The notes: generated by a model from the sequence alone, not told the origin. DNA of 64,000 bases from Polaromonas sp. (GCA_030655515.1 JAURVI010000020.1:43597-107596), one strand, 5' to 3'; positions 19,506-29,523 are shown, counted from the stretch's first letter. A program made the numbers and translations.

Positions 19506-21845
19506 ATGCAACCTTCTCATCCGGTTAACGCCTCCAGCGAGGCGGGTCAAGCGCAAACAGACCTGCGCGCGCAACTCGCAGCCAGTGAGAACGTCTTATG
19601 TGTGGTGCCGGTTGACCTGAATCGGCAACTTCGATTCTCCCGGAGTTTGCTGGCACTGACGGATCGCCGCCTGTTGACCAACGACCCGGAAACCGGCCAA
19701 TGGGCCAGTTGGCCTTTGCGTAAAAATGATCCGCCGGGCGCTCTATCGGCGCTTTCCCTGCGTCACTTCGACCACGCCGGCGTCGGCACGCTGGAGCTGC
19801 ACGACAGCAGCGCCCGGCTGGCCAGTTGGCGTTTTACCCTGGCCGCCAATGTGCAGGCGCTGCGGCTGCTGCGGCTGTTCGAGCAGCAAACGGCAGCGCG
19901 CGGGAACGCCGGGACCGGCGATGAAACCGCCCTGTGCCCCTTGTGTGACGCCCTGCTGCCGCCGGACAGCGACGACTGCCCCGCCTGCGCCCGCGAGCTG
20001 CATACGGCCCCGTCCACCTGGGTGCTGCTGCGCCTGTGGCGCTTTGCCCGACCCTACCGCGGGCAGTTGCTGGCCGGCTTTGGTCTGACGCTGGCCTCCA
20101 CCGCCGCCACCCTGGTGCCGCCTTACCTCACGATTCCGCTGATCGACGACATCCTGATCCCGTTCCAGAACGGCCAGCAGATCGAGTCCTGGAAAGTGCT
20201 GGCCATCCTGGGCGCGCTGCTGGCGGCGGCGCTGGTCGGCTGGGCGCTGAACTGGGCGCGCACCTACCTGCTGGCGCTGGTCTCCGAACGCATAGGCGCC
20301 GATCTGCGCACCGCCACCTTTGACCACTTGCTGGAACTGTCGCTGGACTATTTCGGCGGCAAGCGCACCGGCGACCTGATGGCGCGCATCGGCTCGGAAA
20401 CCGACCGCATCAATGTCTTCCTGTCGCTGCACGCGCTCGATTTTGCGACCGACGTGCTGATGATCCTGATGACCGCCGTCATTCTGTTTTCGATCAATCC
20501 CTGGCTGGCGCTGGTGACCCTGCTGCCGCTGCCTTTTATTGCCTGGATGATCCACACCGTGCGCGACCGCCTGCGCACCGGTTTTGAAAAAATCGACCGG
20601 GTCTGGTCCGAAGTGACCAACGTGCTGGCCGACACCATTCCCGGCATCCGCGTGGTCAAGGCCTTTGCCCAGGAAAAGCGCGAAGCCCAGCGTTTTCGCG
20701 ATGCGAACCGGCACAACCTGCTGGTCAACGACAAGCTCAACAAGGTCTGGTCGCTGTTCACGCCGACGGTCTCGCTGCTGACCGAAATCGGCCTGCTGGT
20801 GGTCTGGGCCTTCGGCATCTGGCTGGTGTCGAAGCAGCAGATCACGGTGGGGGTGCTGACGGCCTTCATTGCCTACATTGGCCGCTTCTATACCCGGCTC
20901 GATTCCATGAGCCGCATCGTCTCGGTCACGCAGAAAGCGGCGGCCGGCGCCAAGCGGATTTTCGACATCCTCGACCATGTGTCCAACGTGCCGGAGCCGG
21001 CCCACCCGGTGAAGATGGCGGCGCTGCAGGGACGCATCGAGATGAGCGGCCTGGGCTTTCGCTACGGCAACCGGGCAGTGATCCGCGGCCTGGACCTGGT
21101 GATCCAGCCGGGCGAGATGATCGGTCTGGTCGGCCACAGCGGCTCCGGCAAAAGCACGCTGGTCAACCTGATCTGCCGTTTTTACGACGCGACCGATGGC
21201 AGCATCAGCGTCGATGGCACCGATATTCGCCGGTTTTCCGTGGCCGACTACCGGCGCCACATCGGCCTGGTGCTGCAGGAGCCTTTCCTGTTCTTCGGCA
21301 CGGTTGCCGAGAACATTGCCTACGGCAAGCCGGGCGCGAGCCGCGCCGGGATTGTGGCCGCGGCCCGCGCCGCGCATGCGCACGAGTTCATTTTGCGCCT
21401 GCCGCAGGGCTACGACTCGCTGGTCGGCGAGCGCGGCCAAAGCCTGTCGGGCGGCGAACGCCAGCGCATCTCGATTGCGCGCGCACTGCTGATCGACCCG
21501 CGCATCCTGATCCTGGACGAAGCCACCTCGTCGGTGGACACCGAGACTGAAAAGGAAATCCAGAAGGCGCTGGACAACCTGGTGCAGGGCCGCACGACGA
21601 TCGCCATCGCGCACCGCCTGTCCACCCTGCGCAAGGCCGACCGGCTGGTGGTGATGGACCGCGGGCAGGTGGTCGAGGTCGGTCCGCACGACGCGCTGAT
21701 GGCCCGTCAGGGCGCTTACTGGCGGCTGTATGAAGCGCAGGCGCGTCAGGTTGACGGCGAAGGCAATGCCGACGCCGAAGAGGGCCGGATTGCACTCGCG
21801 ACCTCGCAGGTGGCCCACACCGTCCAGCACACCGGCAGCCTCTGA
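19506..21845 (+). CDS. Cyanophycin-locus ABC exporter (fused TMD+NBD, extra N-terminal domain)
   Basis: [26 protein letters not shown]; about 170-aa N-terminal extension ending in CPLC...CPAC. Confidence 0.92.
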   Translation: MQPSHPVNASSEAGQAQTDLRAQLAASENVLCVVPVDLNRQLRFSRSLLALTDRRLLTNDPETGQWASWPLRKNDPPGALSALSLRHFDHAGVGTLELHDSSARLASWRFTLAANVQALRLLRLFEQQTAARGNAGTGDETALCPLCDALLPPDSDDCPACARELHTAPSTWVLLRLWRFARPYRGQLLAGFGLTLASTAATLVPPYLTIPLIDDILIPFQNGQQIESWKVLAILGALLAAALVGWALNWARTYLLALVSERIGADLRTATFDHLLELSLDYFGGKRTGDLMARIGSETDRINVFLSLHALDFATDVLMILMTAVILFSINPWLALVTLLPLPFIAWMIHTVRDRLRTGFEKIDRVWSEVTNVLADTIPGIRVVKAFAQEKREAQRFRDANRHNLLVNDKLNKVWSLFTPTVSLLTEIGLLVVWAFGIWLVSKQQITVGVLTAFIAYIGRFYTRLDSMSRIVSVTQKAAAGAKRIFDILDHVSNVPEPAHPVKMAALQGRIEMSGLGFRYGNRAVIRGLDLVIQPGEMIGLVGHSGSGKSTLVNLICRFYDATDGSISVDGTDIRRFSVADYRRHIGLVLQEPFLFFGTVAENIAYGKPGASRAGIVAAARAAHAHEFILRLPQGYDSLVGERGQSLSGGERQRISIARALLIDPRILILDEATSSVDTETEKEIQKALDNLVQGRTTIAIAHRLSTLRKADRLVVMDRGQVVEVGPHDALMARQGAYWRLYEAQARQVDGEGNADAEEGRIALATSQVAHTVQHTGSL

Positions 21846-21877
21846 CTCTGAGCTAGCGCCTCACCAAGGATTCCCGC

Positions 21878-22369
21878 ATGACCTCTACCCCAACTATTGC
21901 GGCCAGCCCCGCTTTCCAGCTCAAGCGCCACGCTTCGGGCCAGTTGCTGCTGATTACCGGCGGGGGTGAGCAGCACCTTGGCGTGGTGCCTGTGCGCGCT
22001 TTCCCGATTGCCGCGCCCGATGAAGGCGTCTCCCTGGTTGGCAGAGAAGGTCACGAGCTGGCCTGGCTGGAGCGCCTGGACGGGCTGCCGCAGCCCCTGC
22101 GCAGCCTGCTCGAAGAAGAACTGGCACTGCGCGATTTTGTTCCCGAAATCACGCGCCTCATCAGCGTCTCCAGTTTCGGCACGCCCAGCACCTGGGTGGT
22201 GGAAACCGACCGCGGCAAGACCTCGTTTGTGCTCAAGGGCGAAGAAGACATTCGTCGGCTGAAGCACCCGTCCATGCTGATCGCCGCCAGCCACGGCGTA
22301 CACTTCAGCGTGAAGGACATAAGCGCGCTGGACCGTGCTTCGCGGCGCCTGCTGGAGCGTTTTCTCTGA
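21878..22369 (+). CDS. DUF1854 family protein (cyanophycin-locus associated)
   Basis: VPVRAFPI, PSTWVVETDRG, LKGEEDIRRL, SRRLLERFL. Confidence 0.88.
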   Translation: MTSTPTIAASPAFQLKRHASGQLLLITGGGEQHLGVVPVRAFPIAAPDEGVSLVGREGHELAWLERLDGLPQPLRSLLEEELALRDFVPEITRLISVSSFGTPSTWVVETDRGKTSFVLKGEEDIRRLKHPSMLIAASHGVHFSVKDISALDRASRRLLERFL

Positions 22370-22404
22370 CCCCGGGCGCAACCCCGTCACCGGTTCTCGG
22401 CCGC

Positions 22405-22740
22405 CCCGAGAACCCCGGTGCGCCCACGCTGTCGTGTGTTTTTCGATAGCGCTGAACAACTCGTCCATCAGCATGGCCATTGCACCGATCACGACCAGTC
22501 CGGCAAAGACCTGCCTCGCCTCGGTGACCGACGGGGCCGCGACAAAAGCGCCGCGTGCGGGTTCGAGCCGGATCAACTGGTTTTGCGACAACCGGAACAG
22601 GGCCTGGCGCACCAAGGTGCGCGAAACGCCGAAGTGATCGGCCAGTTTCTGCCGGCCAGCTTGGCGCCCGGTTGCAGCCGGTGCTCGACAATGGCTTGGG
22701 TCAGGGCTTGAACAATGGCGCTGGTGGCGGACGCTTCCAT
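22405..22740 (-). pseudogene. Frameshifted GntR regulator 5' half fused to the 3' end of an ABC permease
   Basis: MEASATSAIVQALTQAIVEHRLQPGAKLA / frameshift / QKLADHFGVSRTLVRQAL...EARQVFA, then GLVVIGAMAMLMDELFSAIEKHTTAWAHRGS (SsuC/TauC-like C-terminus). Confidence 0.8.
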
Positions 22741-22766
22741 CGCGCAAATGATGGCCCGAAAGCGAA

Positions 22767-22782
22767 AAAGTGTATACACTTT
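22767..22782. promoter_or_regulatory. Probable GntR operator
   Basis: Perfect 16-bp palindrome AAAGTGTATACACTTT between the divergent gntR and uraH remnants. Confidence 0.7.
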
Positions 22783-22832
22783 CAATCAAGTCCATGCCGC
22801 GGACGACAACGATGTCAGACAAGGAAATCACC

Positions 22833-22935
22833 ATGGGCCTGAGCACACATGTTCTGGACACCATGCACGGCGCCCCGGCTGCCACACCACCAAAGGCGAC
22901 CAGGCCACGCTGGTGAAGTCCTTTGCCTTAAACCT
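22833..22935 (+). pseudogene. uraH: 5-hydroxyisourate hydrolase remnant
   Basis: AAGGA RBS, then MGLSTHVLDTMHGAPAA, a frameshift, TTKGDQATLVKSFALN, after which similarity ends (no YRGS C-terminus). Confidence 0.8.
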
Positions 22936-22996
22936 AGAAACCGCCGTCGACCGCTCATTTTCCGCTGGAGCTGCCCATGAATGCTGACATTCTTGA

Positions 22997-23040
22997 CCCT
23001 CGGGGGGCAGCGTATTACACGAAGTGAAAAGCGTGGGGGC
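22997..23040 (+). repeat. REP-like ~45-bp repeat, copy 1
   Basis: CCCTCGGGGGGCAGCG...GCGTGGGGGC; related copies at 28749-28794 (inverted) and 45567-45607. Confidence 0.65.
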
Positions 23041-23046
23041 TAGCTC

Positions 23047-23160
23047 CAATGCTGTTCGCTTAACCGTTCGGGCTGAGCTTGTCGAAGCCTGCTTGCACTG
23101 TGACGACCCTTCGACAGGCTCAGGGCGAACGGGGTTGTAGCGCTTCAATGAACAGCATTG
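23047..23160. mobile_element. 114-bp MITE, copy 2
   Basis: Perfect terminal inverted repeat CAATGCTGTTC/GAACAGCATTG; flanks GGGCTAGCTC (23037-23046) and CGGCTAGCTC (23161-23170). Confidence 0.85.
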
Positions 23161-23163
23161 CGG

Positions 23164-23679
23164 CTAGCTCTGGCCTTCGGTCAGCGTATCGAGCTGAAAC
23201 TTCCCGCTTTTATGCCACAACCAGGTGTCGGTGTAAACCACTTTTCCCAGCCGCGTGGGGGCCGGAAAAGGCGATGCGCTTTGAATCATGCGTTCAATCT
23301 CGGCAATGACTTCCGGCGCGTGGCGCGGTGCGCGCATCCAGTCGAGACGGGTCACGATGCCGACCGGGTCGATCTCCACATTCAGCACCCCGACCGCGTA
23401 CAGCAGCGGCGGCATTTTTCCTTTGTAGATGCGGTCGGCGTGCAGGCCATAAATGTGGCTGGCGCCGCTTTCACGGTAAGCGCGAACCGTGCCGGCCGGC
23501 GAACTTCGGGCCGAGCCTTTGGGGCCGGCAATCGGACCCACGACGGGCGTGGCCGGCTCCAGCGTCGCTGATGCTGGCGCCGCCGGCTCGGGGGCCGTCT
23601 TGCAGGCCGAGACGATGGCGCCGGCGGCTGCCGAGAGCAGCGCCAGCAGCCAGAAGCGGCGGGGGGAAGATGTAGGCAT
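23164..23679 (-). CDS. Conserved hypothetical lipoprotein
   Basis: RR-containing signal with lipobox VSAC; IYKGKMPPLLYAVG, FQLDTLTEGQ. Confidence 0.8.
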   Translation of the reverse strand: MPTSSPRRFWLLALLSAAAGAIVSACKTAPEPAAPASATLEPATPVVGPIAGPKGSARSSPAGTVRAYRESGASHIYGLHADRIYKGKMPPLLYAVGVLNVEIDPVGIVTRLDWMRAPRHAPEVIAEIERMIQSASPFPAPTRLGKVVYTDTWLWHKSGKFQLDTLTEGQS

Positions 23680-23744
23680 GGTGCGCCTCCTTGTCAGTTC
23701 ATCAGGTGCTTGCTGCTATTGTGCCGTGTGTTGCCGCACTAAGG

Positions 23745-25244
23745 CTACTGAAACGCCACCTCGGCAAAACTGCGCAGCTTGCGGCTGTGCAGTTGGTTGA
23801 TACCCTGCTCACGCAGCAGTTCCACGGCGCGAATGCCGATGCGCAAGTGCTGGTCTACCCGTTCGCGGTAGAAGTGGTTGGCCATGCCCGGCAGCTTGAT
23901 CTCGCCGTGCAGCGGCTTGTCGCTGACACACAGCAGCGTACCGTAGGGCACGCGGAAGCGAAAGCCGTTGGCGGCAATCGTGGCGCTTTCCATGTCCAGG
24001 GCCACCGCACGGCTCTGGCTGAGGCGACGCTGCACCTGGTTGCCGGGCAGCAGTTCCCAGTTGCGGTTGTCGGTCGAGGCCACGGTGCCCGTGCGCATGA
24101 TGCGCTTGAGTTCCGGACCTTGAAGACCGGTCACGTCTTCCACGGCCTGCTCCAGCGCCTTCTGGATTTCGGCAAGCGCCGGGATCGGCACCCACAGCGG
24201 CAGCTCTTCATCGAGAACGTGGTCTTCCCGCACATAACCGTGCGCCAGCACGTAGTCGCCGAGCTGCTGGCTGTTGCGCAGGCCCGCGCAGTGGCCCAGC
24301 ATGATCCAGGCGTGGGGACGCAGCACGGCGATGTGGTCGGTGATGTTCTTCGCGTTGGCCGGACCCACGCCGATGTTGACCATGCTGATGCCGGTGCGGT
24401 CGGCGCGCAGCAGGTGGTAGCCCGGCATCTGCGGCAGGCGCGGCGGCGCCATGCCGAGTTCGTCGCCTGTTATTGGCGCGAGTCCCGCGCGGCGCGTCAC
24501 CACATTGCCCGGCTCGACAAAGGCGATGTATTCGCTGTGGGGGTCGGCCATGGCAACGCGTCCCAGGCGCACGAATTCGTCGATGTAGAACTGGTAGTTG
24601 GTGAACAGCACAAAGTTCTGAAACCATTCGGGCGAGGTGCCGGTGTAGTGGCGCAGACGCTGCAATGAATAGTCAACCCGCGCGGCGATGAAAAGCGAGA
24701 GCGGCTGCGGCTCGCCCGGACGGGCTTCGAAAGTGCCGTTGGCAATGCCGTCGTCCATCGCCGTCAGATCGGGCAGGTCAAACACATCGCGCATCAGCAG
24801 GCGGCGGTCCGCGCTCAGGTTGCCTTCGATGTGGTCATGCTCGGCAAACGAAAAATGCACGGGGATCGGCTGGGTGCTGGTGCCCACTTCGAGTTCGACG
24901 GAGTGGTTTTGCAGCAGCAGGCGAAACTGCTCCAGGTAATAGTTGCCGTAGAGATCGGGCCGCGTCAGCGTGGTTTCAAAGCGGCCCGGACCGGCCACAA
25001 AGCCGTAGCTCAACCGTGAGATGTCGGGCGTTTTCAAAATCGCACGCGCGACGGTCTCGGTATGCAGGCGAACAAAGGGATAACAGGCCCGCACATGGCC
25101 GGGCAGTGCTTCACCGGCCACGTAGCGGCGCATGGCATCGCGCAGATGGGCAATCTGCTGGTCGTAAATCGCACGAACCTGCGCCAGCGCGGCAGCCGGG
25201 TCCGTGTAACGCGTGGGGGCGATGAAGGCAGGCAGGTAAGGCAT
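23745..25244 (-). CDS. amn: AMP nucleosidase
   Basis: LFTNYQFYIDEF, QMPGYHL, NIGVGPANAK, DMESATIA, VSDKPLHGEIKLPG. Confidence 0.95.
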   Translation of the reverse strand: MPYLPAFIAPTRYTDPAAALAQVRAIYDQQIAHLRDAMRRYVAGEALPGHVRACYPFVRLHTETVARAILKTPDISRLSYGFVAGPGRFETTLTRPDLYGNYYLEQFRLLLQNHSVELEVGTSTQPIPVHFSFAEHDHIEGNLSADRRLLMRDVFDLPDLTAMDDGIANGTFEARPGEPQPLSLFIAARVDYSLQRLRHYTGTSPEWFQNFVLFTNYQFYIDEFVRLGRVAMADPHSEYIAFVEPGNVVTRRAGLAPITGDELGMAPPRLPQMPGYHLLRADRTGISMVNIGVGPANAKNITDHIAVLRPHAWIMLGHCAGLRNSQQLGDYVLAHGYVREDHVLDEELPLWVPIPALAEIQKALEQAVEDVTGLQGPELKRIMRTGTVASTDNRNWELLPGNQVQRRLSQSRAVALDMESATIAANGFRFRVPYGTLLCVSDKPLHGEIKLPGMANHFYRERVDQHLRIGIRAVELLREQGINQLHSRKLRSFAEVAFQ

Positions 25245-25322
25245 GGGCTTATTGTGCCCCGCCCTGGCCGGCATGGGCAAATGCCCGAGGCGGGCCCCTG
25301 AAACGGGTCAAAACGCGAAAAC

Positions 25323-25340
25323 CTGACACGAAAACGACAC
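25323..25340 (+). promoter_or_regulatory. Pho box upstream of phnC
   Basis: CTGACAC-GAAA-ACGACAC, an 11-bp periodic match to the PhoB consensus, about 45 bp before phnC. Confidence 0.6.
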
Positions 25341-25382
25341 ATTGCGGCCATAGATTCAAGCGGTTCAACACCGGGAAAGACC

Positions 25383-26261
25383 ATGGATGCTGCGATTCGA
25401 ATCAACACGCTGAGCAAAACCTTCGGCAACGGCCGCAAAGCCTTGCAGCAGATTGACCTGAGCATTGCGCCGGGCGAAATGGTGGCGCTGATCGGCGCCT
25501 CGGGGTCCGGAAAGTCCACCCTGCTTCGGCATATGGCGGGGCTGATGGCCGGTGACGCCCATTCGCCAGGTTTGATCGAGATCCATGGCAGGACCGTGCA
25601 GTGCAACGGAAAAATAGCGTCCGACATCCGATCGGTACGCGCCGGTGTCGGTTTCGTTTTCCAGCAGTTCAACCTGGTTGCCCGCCTGCCCGTGATCGTC
25701 AATGTGCTGGCCGGCACGCTGCACAAGGTGCCGATGTGGCGCAGCCTGATCCGCTGGTTCACCCCCGAAGAGAAGGCGCGGAGCATCGAAGCCTTGCGCC
25801 GGGTCGGCATTGACGAATGCTGGGCGCAGCGTGCCTCCACGCTGTCGGGTGGCCAGCAGCAACGCGCCGCGATTGCGCGGGCCATGGTGCAGGGCGCCAA
25901 AGTGTTGCTGGCCGATGAGCCGATCGCTTCGCTCGACCCCGAGTCATCGCGCAAGGTCATGGACATCCTGGCCAGAGTCAACCGCGAAGACAAATGCACC
26001 GTGGTGGTGTCGCTGCACCAGGTCAACGTGGCGATGAAGTACTGCGCGCGCACCGTGGCCCTGCACCAGGGCCATGTCGTCTACGACGGCCCGTCCGCCG
26101 CGCTCACGCCGGCCTTGCTGCGCGAGCTGTACGGCGCGGAGGCCGATGAAATCCTGGCCCTGGGCGACCACATCGGCAGCCTGCAGGACGAACGCAAGCC
26201 CGTTCATGTTTCCTGGACAGCACCGGTGGCGCCCATTGCCGCCTTGGCCCAGGTGGCCTGA
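25383..26261 (+). CDS. phnC: Phosphonate ABC transporter ATP-binding protein
   Basis: [39 protein letters not shown]. Confidence 0.95.
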   Translation: MDAAIRINTLSKTFGNGRKALQQIDLSIAPGEMVALIGASGSGKSTLLRHMAGLMAGDAHSPGLIEIHGRTVQCNGKIASDIRSVRAGVGFVFQQFNLVARLPVIVNVLAGTLHKVPMWRSLIRWFTPEEKARSIEALRRVGIDECWAQRASTLSGGQQQRAAIARAMVQGAKVLLADEPIASLDPESSRKVMDILARVNREDKCTVVVSLHQVNVAMKYCARTVALHQGHVVYDGPSAALTPALLRELYGAEADEILALGDHIGSLQDERKPVHVSWTAPVAPIAALAQVA

Positions 26262-26303
26262 ATTCCCCGGCCTTCAACCTTCAACTCTCGCAAAGGAAAC
26301 ACC

Positions 26304-27269
26304 ATGTTCAAAAAATTCATCAGTAGCTTCGCCGTTGCCGCCGCCGTGGCGGCCGCCCCGGCCCTGGCCCAGGACGTCAAGGAAATCAACTTCGGCATCA
26401 TTTCTACCGAGTCGTCGCAGAACCTCAAAACCGACTGGCAGCCGCTGCTGGACGACATGGCCAAAAAGACCGGCTATAAAGTCAACGCCTTCTTCGCGCC
26501 GGACTACGCAGGCATCATCGAGGGCATGCGCTTCAACAAAGTGCATGTGGCCTGGTACGGCAACAAATCGGCCATGGAAGCGGTGGACCGCGCCAGCGGC
26601 GAAGTATTCGCGCAGATGGTGAATGCCGACGGCGCCCAGGGCTACTACTCGCACCTGATCGTGCATAAGGACAGCCCGATCAAGACGCTGGACGATGTGC
26701 TCAAAAACAGCAAAAACCTCTCGTTCGGCAACGGCGACCCGAATTCCACCTCAGGCTTTCTGGTGCCCAGCTATTATGTGTTTGCCCAGAACAAGGTCGA
26801 TGCCAAAAGCGCGTTCAAGATCGTACGCAGCGCCAACCACGAAACCAACGCCCTGGCCGTTGCCAACAAACAGGTGGACGTAGCCACCAACAACAGCGAA
26901 AACCTGGACAAGATCAAGGAACGCATGCCCGAGAAATTCAAGGACATCCGCGTGGTCTGGACTTCCCCGCTGATACCGCTGGACCCGCTGGTCATGCGCA
27001 AGGACCTGCCAGAAGCCACCAAGCAGAAGCTCAAAGACTTCCTCTACAACTACGGCAAGGGCGGGCAGCAGGAGAAGGACGTGATGATGAAAATCTCCAA
27101 GCTGTCGGCCTTCAAGCCTTCGACCAATGCGCAACTGATCCCGATCCGCCAGCTCGAGCTGTTCAAGGACCGCAACAAGTTCGAGGCCGATGCCGGCATG
27201 CCCGCCGCCGAAAAGCAGGCCAAGGTTGCCGAGATCGACCGCAAACTGGCTGAGCTGGCGAAGAACTGA
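26304..27269 (+). CDS. phnD: Phosphonate ABC transporter substrate-binding protein
   Basis: [30 protein letters not shown]. Confidence 0.95.
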   Translation: MFKKFISSFAVAAAVAAAPALAQDVKEINFGIISTESSQNLKTDWQPLLDDMAKKTGYKVNAFFAPDYAGIIEGMRFNKVHVAWYGNKSAMEAVDRASGEVFAQMVNADGAQGYYSHLIVHKDSPIKTLDDVLKNSKNLSFGNGDPNSTSGFLVPSYYVFAQNKVDAKSAFKIVRSANHETNALAVANKQVDVATNNSENLDKIKERMPEKFKDIRVVWTSPLIPLDPLVMRKDLPEATKQKLKDFLYNYGKGGQQEKDVMMKISKLSAFKPSTNAQLIPIRQLELFKDRNKFEADAGMPAAEKQAKVAEIDRKLAELAKN

Positions 27270-27277
27270 GACTGCCT

Positions 27278-28084
27278 GTGACCGCGCCAGTCCACCTGTC
27301 CGTCGTTCCCCTGGCGCCGCCCCAGACGCCCAAAGCCAACCTGTTCGGCCTGATGGCCTGGGGTGTGCTGATCGCACTTCTGGCCGGGTCCTGGAAGGGC
27401 GCGGACATGCGCCCGCTGGACCTGGTTCGCGACGCCAGCAACATGGCGGAGTACGCTGCCAGTTTCTTCCCGCCCAACTTCAGCCAATGGCGCTACTACC
27501 TTGATGAGATGGTGGTCACGGTGCAGATCGCGCTGTGGGGCACGGCGCTGGCCGTGGTCTGCGCCATCCCGCTGGGCCTGCTGTGCTCGGCCAATATCGC
27601 ACCGCTGTGGGTGAGGCAGCCGGTACGGCGCATGATGGACGCGGCGCGCGCCATCAATGAAATGGTGTTCGCCATGCTGTTTATCGTGGCCGTGGGGCTG
27701 GGGCCGTTCGCCGGCGTGCTGGCGCTCTGGATTCACACCACCGGCATCCTGGCCAAGCTGTTTTCCGAAGCGGTGGAGGCTATCGACCCGCAGCCGGTCG
27801 AGGGCATTCGTGCAACCGGCGCCCATGCGCTGGAGGAAATCCTCTACGGCGTGATCCCGCAGGTGCTGCCACTGTGGATTTCGTACACGCTCTACCGCTT
27901 CGAGTCGAACGTCCGCTCGGCCTCGGTGGTGGGCATGGTCGGCGCCGGCGGCATCGGCGTTGTGCTGTGGGAGATCATCCGCGGCTTCCAGTACGCCGAA
28001 ACCTGCGCCGTGATGATCATCATTGTTGTCACGGTCAGCGTCATCGACCTGATCTCGGCGCGCATCCGTAAAGCGCTTGTTTAA
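27278..28084 (+). CDS. phnE: Phosphonate ABC transporter permease
   Basis: GTG start; [29 protein letters not shown]. Confidence 0.95.
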   Translation: MTAPVHLSVVPLAPPQTPKANLFGLMAWGVLIALLAGSWKGADMRPLDLVRDASNMAEYAASFFPPNFSQWRYYLDEMVVTVQIALWGTALAVVCAIPLGLLCSANIAPLWVRQPVRRMMDAARAINEMVFAMLFIVAVGLGPFAGVLALWIHTTGILAKLFSEAVEAIDPQPVEGIRATGAHALEEILYGVIPQVLPLWISYTLYRFESNVRSASVVGMVGAGGIGVVLWEIIRGFQYAETCAVMIIIVVTVSVIDLISARIRKALV

Positions 28085-28142
28085 GAACTTGTCCGTCGAT
28101 AATGGAGGGGGTTGCGCAAATGAATGTTCGGGATGGGATGCA
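28085..28142. mobile_element. Left-end remnant of the 270-bp MITE family
   Basis: TTAA|GAACTTGTCCGTCGATAATGGAGGGG...GCGCAAATG...TTCGGGATGGGATGCA matches the left end of 61422-61691. Confidence 0.75.
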
Positions 28143-28199
28143 GCCCGAATGGGCGCACTCCGCCGTCGTTCTTGAAAGTGCCGAGCGGCGCGCGGCGTC

Positions 28200-28733
28200 C
28201 TACGCGGTCAGGTAGTCGGCCAGACGCTGGCCGGCGACAGCCAGATCCGCGTCATTGACAATCACACAATCTGCTTTCATCCCGGTAAACCGTGCGTTGC
28301 GGGCCAGCCTGTCGGCGACCGCGCCGGGCGCTTCCCTGCCGCGCTGCGTCAGCCGGGCTGCCAACTGGCCGGGGCCGGCGGTGATCTGAACCACCCGCAG
28401 CTCGGGCGAAGGAGGCAAGCTCTTCACATGTGCGCGCGAACCATTGACGACCACGAGGCGCCCGGCCTGTACATCGGCAGCGTAGTGCTGGGCAATGCCG
28501 TAATAAAAACCATGCGCCTGCCAGTGCCAGCGCAGGCCGCCGGACCTTGCCAGCGAGAGGAAGTCCGATTCAGTCACCGGGTCGTGGTCTGAGCCGGCCC
28601 GCACGGCGCGCGTCACCATACGGCGTGCGAACACAATGTCTTGGCGGGCTGAAACCGTTTCCCGCGCCGAGGCGATGACGCTGTCCTTGCCGGCGCCCGA
28701 TGGGCCGCAGACAAAAATCCAGGCGCCACTCAT
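28200..28733 (-). CDS. phnN: Ribose 1,5-bisphosphate phosphokinase
   Basis: VCGPSGAGKDS, WQAHGFYYGI, VVNGSRA. Confidence 0.93.
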   Translation of the reverse strand: MSGAWIFVCGPSGAGKDSVIASARETVSARQDIVFARRMVTRAVRAGSDHDPVTESDFLSLARSGGLRWHWQAHGFYYGIAQHYAADVQAGRLVVVNGSRAHVKSLPPSPELRVVQITAGPGQLAARLTQRGREAPGAVADRLARNARFTGMKADCVIVNDADLAVAGQRLADYLTA

Positions 28734-28748
28734 AGGTGACATAGGTGA

Positions 28749-28794
28749 GCCCCCACGTTTGCCGCCAAGGCGGCTGTGCGGCCCCCCCAAGGGG
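28749..28794 (-). repeat. REP-like ~45-bp repeat, inverted degenerate copy
   Basis: GCCCCCACG...GCCCCCCCAAGGGG, reverse-complement relative of 22997-23040. Confidence 0.5.
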
Positions 28795-28827
28795 CGTGCG
28801 CTTGCTTGAAGCGGTTCAGCGCCGCGC

Positions 28828-29523
28828 TCATGGCCGCAGCTTCAGGTCGATGATGCGCTGAAACGAGGCGCCTGGGGTTCTTTCGACGAACAGGCAGAGC
28901 CGGTCCAGCGACAGCGGGGTGTCGGCGTTGAGGCGGGAAATTTTGGCGGCCACCGTGTCGACGACGCGTTGTGCAACGAACGCCTCTACCGGCCCCGTCA
29001 ATGTCAGGTGCAAGCGAAAGCGCTCCATCACATAGGGGTAGCCGTAGAGGGCCAGCAATTCCGCCTCGCGTTCATCCAGATGCTCGATGCGCCGCCGGAT
29101 GAGGTCCGCCTCGCGCAGCGGCGCACGCAGATCGTCGAGCCCGGTCACGCACGCCGCCGCAAGCGCCTGCAGCCCGGCTGGCGCGGTGCTGGGAATCAGC
29201 GCGACAAAGTTGTCCAGCATGGCGACCCGCAGGGCGCCCAGCGCTACCGGCGCAAGTGCCTGTGCGACTGTGCCCAGGCGCGTGATGAGACTGGTCTCGT
29301 CATGTCCGGCCGCCAGCCGGAAAGGCGCTTTCAATGTGGCGTGAAATCCGTAGCGCCTGGGCGCTTGCGTGATGCGTGTGAGCTCAAGCGGTGAAATCCC
29401 CTCAAGCGGCGGCTGTGGCAGCACCGTGTTGTCATGCTCGTCGCGACCCAGCCAGTGAGCACCGAACTCCCACCACGCAGAGTGCTTGTCCGGTGCGAAA
29501 TAAATGGCGTAACGCGCGCTCAT
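28828..29523 (-). CDS. DUF1045 phosphonate-metabolism protein (2H phosphoesterase-like)
   Basis: RYAIYFAP, YGFHATLKAPF, YGYPYVMERFRLHLTLTG (two HxT motifs). Confidence 0.9.
   Translation of the reverse strand: MSARYAIYFAPDKHSAWWEFGAHWLGRDEHDNTVLPQPPLEGISPLELTRITQAPRRYGFHATLKAPFRLAAGHDETSLITRLGTVAQALAPVALGALRVAMLDNFVALIPSTAPAGLQALAAACVTGLDDLRAPLREADLIRRRIEHLDEREAELLALYGYPYVMERFRLHLTLTGPVEAFVAQRVVDTVAAKISRLNADTPLSLDRLCLFVERTPGASFQRIIDLKLRP

Noticed and set aside
14379-21830. Long antisense ORFs (660, 724 and 695 aa here; also 813 aa at 52503 and 750 aa at 61724)
   Set aside because: Shadow frames of real genes in high-GC DNA, with no recognisable domains.
21746-22885. 379-aa minus-strand ORF as an intact gene
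   Set aside because: A chimera of GntR and permease fragments running on antisense through DUF1854; treated as a pseudogene.
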